Origin: Phoronis australis
Lineage: Eukaryota; Animalia; Phoronida
Length of the DNA stretch: 34,537 bases
Direction of reading: 5' to 3'
Assembly: GCA_002633005.1 (NCBI GenBank)
Contig: NMRA01000435.1
Location: 351,660-386,196, forward strand
A program made the position numbers and the translations under genes. The number at the start of each line of letters is the position of its first letter. The first letter of the stretch is position 1. A model generated the notes under the pieces. The model had not been told where the DNA came from and did no database searches. It was given only the letters and a program-made list of their open reading frames with translations. Below are positions 24,113 through 34,537 of the stretch, in pieces.

Positions 24113-24817
24113 ATGCCTGAGAGAGCCAGTAAATTCGTGAAGACTAGTGACTCCCACGACCACGGACATCATCACCATCACGACCCGAAGCATCACGGGC
24201 ACCAAAACGACCAACACGGACAACAGGGTCACGACCACCACCACAAACACCCACAGCACAAAAACTTGCATCGCTATGACAACACAGCTAGCAGTGTACG
24301 CGGTCATCGTCCACGAGCCGGCACGTGGCACGGTAAAGACGCGCCATCTGGGTCCGCCAGCCACCCGACACCTGGCGGAAGCCGACATCCCAGCAGGCAT
24401 CATCACTTTGGTCAAATGAGTGACGACAAATCGAGTGACAAATTCAGTCATGGGGGTATCGTAGAATACGAAAACACCTATAAGTTAGAACCAGATTGCA
24501 AGTTTCGTCAGAGTCAAGTTGAATCGATTATAAACGAAGTACTACGTGACGAACTGGAGAACCAAACCTACGTTCCAACTGTGATGTGTGAAAAGAGTAA
24601 AACGATCAGCGAAATTTTAAAGGACAAAGTGAAAGTCCTTGATCTAAAAAGATATAAGATTGTCACTTGGGTGACAATAAGCGAAAGAAACAAGCAGTCG
24701 TTAATGATTGCATCCAGATGTATGGCCGATATTAAAAATGACAACTACGCCTGTGGCAACTTTAAGAATACGTCATTACAAGCGACTGGTTTAGTTTTTG
24801 CAATGTATGCCGAGTGA
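24113..24817 (+). CDS. Tctex1-domain dynein light chain (TCTEX1D1/DYNLT5-like) with His-rich N-terminal extension
   Basis: C-terminal YENTYKLEP..KF...I.EVL...Y...SE.LKDKVK.L...RYKIV......ASRC...NDNYA...FKN.SL.A...VFAMYAE. The ORF could alternatively start at 24080. AATAAA at 24836. Confidence 0.92.
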   Translation: MPERASKFVKTSDSHDHGHHHHHDPKHHGHQNDQHGQQGHDHHHKHPQHKNLHRYDNTASSVRGHRPRAGTWHGKDAPSGSASHPTPGGSRHPSRHHHFGQMSDDKSSDKFSHGGIVEYENTYKLEPDCKFRQSQVESIINEVLRDELENQTYVPTVMCEKSKTISEILKDKVKVLDLKRYKIVTWVTISERNKQSLMIASRCMADIKNDNYACGNFKNTSLQATGLVFAMYAE

Positions 24818-27800
24818 AAATTAAAATGCAATCAAAATAAACATACGACTAGCACGGCAGTAACATCAATTGCAAAAGAAATATATTTGTGAGTGTGGTG
24901 CTAATTACTTTTGTGTTTAGCTGATATTGTATAATTTCTCTCTCCCTCCCTCTCCCCCTCACCCACTCCCTCTGCCTCTCCTTCCTTCTCCTCNTGAAAA
25001 TAATTCATTTACATACAGATGTACAAAATTATGTTATGTAACCCTTGACTATCCTCCAAAGTTTGGAGCAAAATTTGAAAACTCCTTACAAAATCTGCTA
25101 AATGCCGGGGCAAGCGTGACATACGCAGGGCGAGTTAGACGACAGCTGTAGGTAAAGACAGCCCGTCAAGAACCAAACTATACAATCTAACACTGAGATT
25201 ATGTGTTTTAAGTTGAATTTACAGAACGAGTGCAGGCTGAAATCACAACTGTTTAGTACCCTTTTAAAAGTTTTCGGACTATTGCGTGAATGACTTCGTA
25301 TTCTATGAACTTTCGGCCAACTTGGTTTTTCAGAATGTCGTCAACATTTTAAGGCGATGTACCTATTGCTAGTCTTTGAATTCCCTACTTTAAATGATCA
25401 ACCCATAGACATCACACAGACCGGGCGCGCGCCACTCAGATACATGCAGCTCGCGTTGTCAATATGACGCCACATTGGAGAGTGTTACACAGGACAAAAA
25501 TGGCGGAAAACACTGGGAGGCCTACGGCATCAGTCAGAAAATCAGCGGGCTCGCAATGTTATACTTGCACCCAAAGAGTCAAGTTTTTTGAGTCATGGGT
25601 TTTTTGGTTCGGTCATGGAGTTTAGTGCTGCTGCCACTAGGTTTTCATGTTCTGCCACCATAAAAGCGGAGCGACTATGCGTTGTTTCCACACCAGTCTT
25701 GGTGATTGAGACCATGTAAGATCAATTAAAAGAAAATTATTGACCAACATAAGCTGTTATCCAATGATGATGCTGTTTGCTAATTGTATTTAAGTAAATA
25801 TTCAGTGCCAATGACAATCATATATATTTTTACTTGTTCTGAAAAATAACATCCCCGAACTTACCCGACAACCATCAAAATCAGTACATCTAAGTGAATA
25901 ATTATTCTCTGTTGAAATATATACTGCTTTAAAAACTCATTTCTTAATAAGTATTCCAAAATCAGATTTCTTCTGTTGTATTAAAACAAACATATCCCTG
26001 CAAAATCTGTTCTTACGTTAAAGTTGATATTGGAAATTTTGTGGATTTGCACTGCTTGCTTACGAGCTCTTTGTTTTGTGACTCAAAACTTGCGCAAAAA
26101 GTAAAAAGTGCATTGTAACCAAAATATCAAACCTGTACGTCTGAATGGCGCATCCGACCTATACCCAAAATACAGAATTTCCCACTCGAAACCGAGTATA
26201 TATACCCCACCAAGCCGGTGCGGCATAAAAGAATGACCCCGTGAAAAATGACCCAGGCTAGTTTTTCACAGGGTCTAAATTTAGTGAAGAATTTTCAGCC
26301 CATGAAAAAATGGCCCTAGGTCCGTGAAAACCTGTCCCGTCATTATTCAACGGTTCCCCCGCAACAGGGGGTTGGGATAAGCAGACAGCGTGCGTGAGAG
26401 AAGAATTTATTTTAAATTTCTCGGAGGCTGAGGGACGCGCAGTACGTATATCAGATTAATGGCGGGGGTGGATAGGAACGGTTCGAAACAATGTGTGGGA
26501 TCGGGGCTGATCTTTTTGTGAACACATAATTACACGGTTTGGGGATACTACAAAACGCCGACAAGTGCCTGGTGCTTGATCGGGGTGATCCGTGAGAGAG
26601 GAATATTTGTCTGTTGGCAATGGAGAGGAATTAAGTCTGTGTTCTTTGCTTTTTACATCACAGAGTTCTCCCGTTTAGTCTAACATGTTAGGTTGTATAG
26701 CACAAGTTGGGCGGATGACCGCTGTAGCCAATATCTTACACCGACGACTGATTAAGTCCATTCTGGCAATCAGGGTTGGAGGGTCAGCTCTCTTTTGTTC
26801 GATAGTTGCTCTAATCTCCAATAAGATCACATCTTATTGACTCACTGGACTGTGGTGTTAAAAATAAGTTAAGTTATAAAATGTTTGAACATAACCCAAT
26901 GACATTTCTAAATTCCCCATCAAATACTGGTCATGCTTAATCGCCTAACTATACAATCGAAGTTAAGACTATCGCACGCTCACAACAGCTGTACGTCTGG
27001 TAAAGTCACGGAACGGGAGAACGCCCTAATGAACTTTAAAAACCTATCATTTATCTAAATGACTCCAATGAGGTCATGTTTCACAGTAGTTCATATAAGG
27101 CTCCCCATTAAATGCGACCTGGGTCGTATTTTAATTTTACGTACATGTAGTTATCCGGGATCATTTTCAATACTTAAACTAAGGCTTACTGGGAGACAAC
27201 AAAAGTACGTTCCAAGTGAGCAGCACGTCTCCTGGATAAAATCTATTTGCATCGAGCGACACGAATTAAATGATTAATTTGCGCGATATTACTGGCTTCC
27301 CTTGAAAAAATGAAAAAAAAAAATATAAAACGCTCACAGTGGATAACAAGCGTGCAATTCGAGAATCTGCCACTGGTTGCGATCTTATATTATTTTGATA
27401 TATTCTCTGTCGACTGCGTAACCTTAAATGAAATATTTATCGTTGTCTTCCATCTTTATTTTCATTCTAATCTAGTCCCTCATAGTCAACATCCGAATCA
27501 CCGAGTATTTACCTAGAATTAAATCACATTCCGCCGCTCGTAGTTATTCGATGCTGACAAACGACGATCACAATTTATACAATTAAAATCTTGTTTATAA
27601 TTTTAAGTCAAGTTTCTCGAACTCTTGCTCGGTGAAGTAACACGCGATTCCAATAGTCGCCCAGCCAAAGACTGAAATTGCGCACTAACAGACACAAGAC
27701 ATTACTTGAGTCTTATGCAACAACAGCACGTTTACATCAAATTTTTGCATTTTCAATGAGTTGAAATTTTGAACATCCGCATGACGGAATATGTTGCATG

Positions 27801-28134
27801 CTTCGATTTATGCGGATTTACAAAATGTCATTAACCAGACGACATATTAATATTTAGTATCTTCTCTTATGATGGAGCCTCTGGCAACAGCTGGAGCCCC
27901 ATCTGGTGGTTGGGGTCAATGCTCTTGACTCCCGTTCTAAGACAGTGCCCTCTTACGCCAGCTAAGTTATCCCCTATCCGCGATGCAGCTGCGTATACGA
28001 GTCATGAATCGCTGGGTAGGCTGCGGATGCCTATCGTTGCCATCTGTCCTGTCGTATTTAGATCAATAAGTGTCGAACATTAGCGCTCTGTTCAGGTACC
28101 AGGCAGCATTTAAGGAAACATCCCGTTGCACAGA

Positions 28135-29643
28135 ATGGTGCCAATCAGGTGGATACGTGGAGGCTGTTTCCAAATCATTGTATATATCATTGGCTGCAGC
28201 ATCCCAGGACTTGTATACTTCTTCCTTAACCCGAATCCATGGCAGCTGTCACTGAATATTGATGGATCTGAAACAATGGCAATACTGAAAAGAATCAAAT
28301 GCGTGGACACTGGCAATCAACAGACGCTTGCACCACAAACCGAACTGACGACAACAGTGAAACAAACAACAACGATGGCGGCTTCTCGTTATTCCGTCAC
28401 AAATTTATACTTGGGATGCTGGGCTAGAAGGCGTGAAAAAGAAACACCCGTCAAGAACGTGGCAGAATGTATTAAGCACTGTCGATCAAAAAAGCAGCCA
28501 TACGCTGGAGTTCGGTTGGCCACATTTTGTAGGTGCTTCAAAGCGGTGGGCGATGTACCTGCGCCGCGTTCCTGCACAAGTGATTGTTTCCACGATCCGC
28601 GTGGACGGTGCGGCGGCCCCGCAACTTTAAGCGTATATGCCGCTAACGAGATCATGAGTCCCAAACTTTCCACTGAGCCCCGAAAAGTTCTCGTGCAAGG
28701 TTATAGGAGATCCGGAACGACGTACGTATCCAAAATTTATGGAATGTACCCGGACTCATTGTATATTTTTGAGCCTTTTTGGCCAACTGGACATAGCCCC
28801 AACACGTATCCTGAAATAATCAAAGATCTACTGACTTGTAACATGTCTGTTTTGGCCCAAGCTGTACTCGTGAATCAGGCTAAGTGGGCAAGACGATTCG
28901 ACGCCCAAAAGTCACTAATGCATTTTTACAAGTGCATGGACAACGATAACCGGCCACACGCCTATGTTAACTGTATCAGTCTCGCCAAAATAGCTTGTGA
29001 ACGAGCGACCTTGCGCGTGCTGAAAGTAGTCCGAATAGCAATGCGCGACGCCATCAAAATATTAGAAGACGTCCCCGATATGAAGATAGTCCATGTTGTT
29101 AGAGACCCGCGAGGTACGCACCAATCCAGAGAGGCTACTGCAGGAGACTACAAACATATAAACATCTCAAGTGTATGTAAAGATATAGTCGATGATTATA
29201 AATCTTCAGCAATTTTATCGAAGAAAGTTTTAATGAGATTGAACTACGAAACTGCCGCAGAGAAACCAGTTGCAACCACTAATGATTTATACGAATTTAT
29301 AAATTTGACACAGCACAAATATGTTCTATGGTATGTTGTGCATGCTACAGGCCTTAAGCTTAATTGTGATACCCCAAACAAAGATGAAAAATCATTGCTA
29401 AACCCGCCTAAACGTAATCCGAGGTGCAGTATCAAGCCCAGAAAGTACGGCACGTTAAGAAAGAACTCGTCTGAAACTGCTTACTTATGGAAAAGGACTA
29501 TCAATTTCGATACAGTTAAGTTCATAGATCAAACATGTAGTGAAATGTACGCCAAGTTTGGATATCTGCCTATAAACACGCCCGAGGAATTACGCGACCC
29601 ACTCATGCGACACAGGGTTAACAAAAAGAAACGCAACCGTTGA
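28135..29643 (+). CDS. Type II membrane WSC-domain + carbohydrate sulfotransferase (CHST1-7/Gal-GlcNAc-6-O-ST-like), single coding exon
   Basis: N-terminal hydrophobic anchor, Thr-rich stem, 8-Cys WSC domain (YLGCW...C...C..YAG...C.C...C...C...CGG...SVY, 28408-28638), 5'-PSB RRSGTTYV with YIFEP, and 3'-PB KIVHVVRDPRG. Confidence 0.92.
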   Translation: MVPIRWIRGGCFQIIVYIIGCSIPGLVYFFLNPNPWQLSLNIDGSETMAILKRIKCVDTGNQQTLAPQTELTTTVKQTTTMAASRYSVTNLYLGCWARRREKETPVKNVAECIKHCRSKKQPYAGVRLATFCRCFKAVGDVPAPRSCTSDCFHDPRGRCGGPATLSVYAANEIMSPKLSTEPRKVLVQGYRRSGTTYVSKIYGMYPDSLYIFEPFWPTGHSPNTYPEIIKDLLTCNMSVLAQAVLVNQAKWARRFDAQKSLMHFYKCMDNDNRPHAYVNCISLAKIACERATLRVLKVVRIAMRDAIKILEDVPDMKIVHVVRDPRGTHQSREATAGDYKHINISSVCKDIVDDYKSSAILSKKVLMRLNYETAAEKPVATTNDLYEFINLTQHKYVLWYVVHATGLKLNCDTPNKDEKSLLNPPKRNPRCSIKPRKYGTLRKNSSETAYLWKRTINFDTVKFIDQTCSEMYAKFGYLPINTPEELRDPLMRHRVNKKKRNR

Positions 29644-30447
29644 AATGAGCGGACGAAGGCCGGGCCCTCCAAACCGTATGGTTTTAGAGGTGGTAATCAG
29701 CTTGCAATATATAAAACTGGGACAAGTATTGGCACAGCCCATCCGCACATCTCAATGTCAAGGTCCATCAAAGTCTGTCAACTCTTGTTTACAATAATAA
29801 AGGACGGCCAAAGTTGCCAATGACCAATGGTAGTCCAGCCTGGCGATAATCAACTGGGGAAGGCACATCACACCCAGAAACCTTTGAGTCAAGTTTCATC
29901 AAAGTCTGTTTAGAAATTTTGACAGTCATCACGCGATGATCTTGAAAAATGGACTAAAATTGCCAACAGGGATGATGGGGTGGTTGATTCAGTCCGAAAA
30001 ACGACTGATGGTGGTGTGTTTTCACTACAACCTCCCCATTGCGTTAGTAGCTCATTCGTAAAGCAGTTTTGACAATACATTTCTCGTTGAAAACTAGAAA
30101 GGTCAACATGGGGTGATACGGTTGTCAAATCTCTCCGCAAATTGACTGGGCGGTGCATTCCCTTGACATATCCGCTCTGCTGCAAGTTTCGGCAAAAATT
30201 AACATTTTTCATGTAGATTCGGCAAAAATTGACTAACAACCAATTTCTCAGAAAACTACTGAAAAAGGTCAACAAGGGCGCCACGGTATTGAATTTGTCC
30301 AACAATCGACTGGTGCCATCGTAGAAAATTCGTGAAGTAGTTTCGTCAGTAATTGACGTTCTCAGTGATTTCAGTTCCACGTTGTTCCGTTTTGGATAAT
30401 CCTATGCGATGCTGACGGTCCCTCTCGACCAGACACTCAGATGTTAA

Positions 30448-32104
30448 AGTAGAATGCCACCCGATTTAATTAGTCTTTTTTACCGTCTTAATCGGTCTAT
30501 ATCCACATCGCCTCTAAAAGGTCGATCTCACCTTGCCGACAGGTGTCGCGTTAACCTGTGAGGAAGGTGAGAAACGACGCATCGACGTAAGTGGTTCGTC
30601 TGCAAAGTTAATGCCGCTACATTGCGGTGCATCGTTCCTGCTTGTCCGAACTATGAAGCTGCGAAGAGAGCGGGTATATGGTTTTTTCGAATTCATCGAG
30701 AGCCCGAAATGCTTAGGAAGTGGCTCGCGGGTAGTGGAAAGAATGAAAGGTACGCTGTTAATAGCATGTATGAGGCCGTGAATCATTTCCGTGTCTGTGG
30801 CCGGCATTTCATTGACAATGATTCCTCTGACGAATTCCGGCTTACCAAAGAACTATCCATGCGTTCCGTTGTCTGTGCATGCTCACGGCGCCTCTGTAGT
30901 ATTTCTTGATCAGTGTATTCTGGTTCCAACTGATAGCCTGTGAAACCTAACGATCCGACCAGTGAAGTCTTCGTCGGATGAGCTCTTTGGCTTGACTAAG
31001 TCGGGATTGGCGCCGGGCGAGTTGCCATGCTTTCTGCGTTCTGTTTCAAAATGAATCATTCTCATCCTAACTAATGCTTATATAAAAGTGAAACAAAGTC
31101 TGTTTCATTAGATGCAATTTGTAATGCCTTTGCAGTATTCGTGAGTGCAAATGTTGAGAAGCCAACAATGAATAAACCACTGCGTTATGGGCCGGATTTT
31201 GATGCCGGCATTAAAGGTAATTGACCGGGTACCGAGGCCGTGGGAGCGCATGCTAATTCAGTGTTTGCTGACAGAAAGCTGTTGTAAAACAATTACTCGA
31301 TTTCATATGCTATGGTCACGTGTTAATGCAATCTTTATACAAATACGTTATTCAAATCATTGTTAATGTACAACCTTTGCCCTGACGGTCTCTGGAAGGG
31401 GAACCCGACTTCACGGCCCCCGACAAGTAAGTAGATTTTCAGTTTCGTGACTAATTCACGTAAATAATTAGGTGCACATTATTTCTTTGGCTCACTATTA
31501 GTCTTTTCGTGAATGCAGGTTTAGTTTCCAACTCAAGCTGGTTTATGTTCGTGCCAGTCTTGGCGGCCGCGACGGGCCTGATCGGGTTCCGGTGAGCCAG
31601 TGGCCGCGGGATAACAAGCGTTTTGTGTGTTTAGAACTCAAAAAATCACAAGTCTAAACAACACAGATCTACGTTCTCTTGTCTGTATTTCACGGAAGAA
31701 TACTTCGAATTTATCTCCGAACAGACCCCAAACTCCTGCTACGGACGTTGGTAAATTGGCCTGCTGAACTTTGTAGGCTACGGTGTGTCCAAATACCAAT
31801 AAATCCATAACAGTGAAATAAACAACACATTTTGCAAGAACTCGGTGTATTTTTAAGGGTTTTACATTGAAGTTTGATGATTAATTGGTGTTAAACGGTG
31901 AATTCAAGGGATAAGCTGACATCAGTAACCCGTGTTGTGAACTGCTGAACAGACTGCGTGTGAAACCAATGACGTCATTAGATAATTGCAACACCTTCTT
32001 CTGCCGTCAGGTGTCAGTTAACGCAATCGAACGTACCGTTATCGAGTAGAGCTACTCGATCTAAATTGATACAAAATAGGTTGTTTTTTGTGTGGCATGC
32101 TCCT
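30448..32104 (+). mobile_element. Kolobok-like DNA transposon C (decayed, internally deleted)
   Basis: TTAA|agtagaatgccac ... gtggcatgctcct|TTAA (11/13 TIR match), AG...CT ends, THAP remnant near the left end. Confidence 0.75.
30611..30909 (+). pseudogene. THAP-domain remnant (transposase N-terminus)
   Basis: RCIVPACPNY...FFRI...KW...RVCGRHF; the ATG at 30611 is out of frame with the THAP frame, and the frame stops early. Confidence 0.8.
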
Positions 32105-32140
32105 TTAAAGTTGTTCACCAGACTAGATGTGAGACTAAAT

Positions 32141-32204
32141 CATGGGGGGGGGGGGGGGGNNNNNNNNNNNNNNNNNNNNNGCCCCCTATGGTGCGCCGCC
32201 CATG
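32141..32204. mobile_element. CATG-ended MITE with 5-bp TSD TAAAT (interior is an assembly gap)
   Basis: taaat|catggggg...N...cgccgcccatg|taaat. Confidence 0.7.
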
Positions 32205-34403
32205 TAAATTCGCCTGAAAATTGGCTGGTGCCGGCCTATTCCCGCCGGCATTTACCTCTGTTTCAAGTTCCGATAACATTCGTTTAGTCGTTTTGTTAAA
32301 CTTGACAGACTAACACGGCCAACAGGAGGTGCCACGGAAGTCGAATCTCTCCGGAACTCGACTGCTTGTGGCACAACCCCGGTCAACCGTGTGCCAATAA
32401 CCGGGAAAACGGACAGAGAAAAGTAACGACGGAAGTACGGAGGGATGACGAACGGGCGAGATCCTGACTATATGCTCTCACATTTTTCAAAATGGGCGCA
32501 TAAAACTGCCTAAAACTAATTCAAATTGGCGTCACTAAAATGACCCGGCCGCCCCATGGCCTAAAACAGCTCCCTTCAAAGTGAGACAAGGTATGTCCAG
32601 GAAACTATTCCACGAATTTAAAACTGAAGAAAATACCGTTTGAGGAAATTGACAATGCAATAGTTTGAAACGCTAATAAATTTCTGTCCAAACAAAACAC
32701 CTGGCTTGCACTATCATCGAATCGATTTCTTAAACCGCGGGCTTCGGGTTCTAATTACCCTCATTTGTTCAAAATTATGAAAGTAAATTAACGTAAGTAA
32801 GAAAATAAAACCGTTCATTTTACATTGATCGGTGTGGGGTAGAAACATCGATACATTAGAAGAATATTTACAAACAGGTAGAGAAAAATATATACAGAGG
32901 AACTTGTATAAATATACAAAACAAACACACCGGTAAACCGGCATCAGCTGGTTCTGAGGAAAACAAGGGTCAAGTAGCAAATTGGCTAATTTGTGATAGT
33001 AATTGTAGCATTATGGTTTAATTGAGAAAATACTGATTTATTTCATTTAAAATATCGTTCCTTTTAATTGTCAACAGAATATGACAAGTCGTGCTTTATG
33101 ACATTCATTAATGGCGTAATTCTGCTTTTAAAATGTAGACTCCAACGCACGCTGTCTTAAACTCCCATACACGCACTCACTGAGTATACCGTTAATGTAT
33201 AGATGGCGCTGAATCGAAAGTCGAATGTCTCGGCAAAATACAGACTTTGTGTTACCACGACTATGAGCGCTTGGAAATAAATTGCCTACTCATGTAAAAC
33301 TGATCAGGTATTAGTACGGCAAGTGGAAAAAATACAGGACACACGTTTTCTATTCAGGAATTAAAATCTCTGCAGGTCCAAAAAACAACTCAAAACCGGA
33401 ATTTATCACACCAGGACCTATAAATTATCACGTGAGAATCAACACTGAACACCATCAGGAGCGAAAATCTATATCGCGCCAGGACGGAAAATTTTCACGC
33501 CAAATCACGTGACCATCCATTACTCAATCCGCTGTGGCTCACCCGTATTCGAGTCTACAAACTAAAAGGCCAAGTGTACATTGGTTTGTAAAACATGGAA
33601 GCGATAAAAGAAATTCATCCTCATTGTCACTGTAATATGACCGTCGTCGGCAAGACATTGTTTAACGCTTAGCCATTGTGTACTACCAAAGACATCACAT
33701 GAGATGTCTATGGTGTACTACCCTCGCTCATTTTCACGAAAGACGTCGCTCTACTCGGTTGGCGAATTGTCTTTCACATATGGCACATCGCATTTACAAA
33801 ATACCGCGAAAAACGGGTGATGAGGCTGGATCTCGCGAGATCATGTCGGTTCGTATCCGTGCCAAATAAACCGCAGAAAAACGTTTCGTTATTGTTGTAA
33901 TTTGAATGAGGTTTGTAGCAGTTAGGACTACGTTTTTAAAAATGGTAATTATAATCCTTGTAGATGAGAAAATCCGTATTTGTCGACTCGTTTACGTTTC
34001 AAAATAAAGACTTATCTCCCTTGTCATGCATACTCGGGGAAATTCCCTGTCAATGGAATCCCCGAGTAGAATCGCGACTAATGCGGACGATATTGGAGTA
34101 CCTGTGGTATTAATTGAAACAATTTTAAAACGAAAAACATCGTTGAAGCGGTTTAGTTATCTCTAAATGAACATAAAAGGTTCACTGTGCGATTAAAATA
34201 AAACTAGCAGAAGAAGCCCAGTTGACATTGCGCTATTGACGTTCCCACACTGAACTGCATTTGCTTATTAGCCCTGTAGTTCACCCAACTTTAGTAGATC
34301 TTTGCCATGCACTAATTACAATACCAGAATAGCAACATTTTTTGCGACACATTAGTGATGATGATACTGATGATGAAGAAACTAGTGGTGACAAATACTT
34401 TTC

Positions 34404-34537
34404 CAGTGGCAGATCAGGGACCAGAAGGGGGGCCCAACATGTTGCCTCCCGCGGGAATTGAACAGAGCACGGTTTTATGTGTACAGGCGTCCCGCAAGTT
34501 GCGGTGGCCCGGAGTATTAACCTTCTGTTCGCGAAAT
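34404..34537. mobile_element. Possible left end of a GC-rich hAT-like MITE cut by the window edge
   Basis: Abrupt start cagtggcagatcaggg...ggggggccc; partner end not visible. Confidence 0.35.

Noticed and set aside
24047-24451. Val-rich antisense and Thr-rich alternate-frame ORFs
   Set aside because: Shadows of the His-codon-rich coding strand.
29910-30380. 156-aa minus-strand ORF
   Set aside because: Non-ATG start and no recognisable motif; probably repeat-derived.

Overview
This is animal (probably marine invertebrate) genomic DNA, not prokaryotic, so most of the supplied ORF track is noise. It holds three protein-coding genes, all on +. (1) A centriole cartwheel gene SAS-6: 15 coding exons across 1382-21932 with GT-AG sites and consistent phases; exon 1 lies upstream of the window and about 50 aa of coiled coil are missing, near a single-N break at 13387. 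(2) A Tctex1-domain dynein light chain (24113-24817) with a His-rich N-terminus. (3) An intronless type II membrane protein fusing a WSC domain to a Gal/GlcNAc-6-O-sulfotransferase-type domain (28135-29643). The non-coding DNA is rich in mobile elements. Three are TTAA-flanked, RR...YY-ended Kolobok-like DNA transposons, two carrying related THAP ORFs. Two of them sit back-to-back on one shared TTAA and split a ~45-bp minisatellite in a SAS-6 intron. Also present: CATG-ended MITEs with 5-bp TSDs, Helentron/HINE-like repeats, a foldback element and several tandem repeats. I see no clearly new biological system; the best leads are the tandem Kolobok insertion into the satellite, the WSC-sulfotransferase fusion and the His-rich Tctex1 protein. 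Family assignments come from motif recognition, not database searches.
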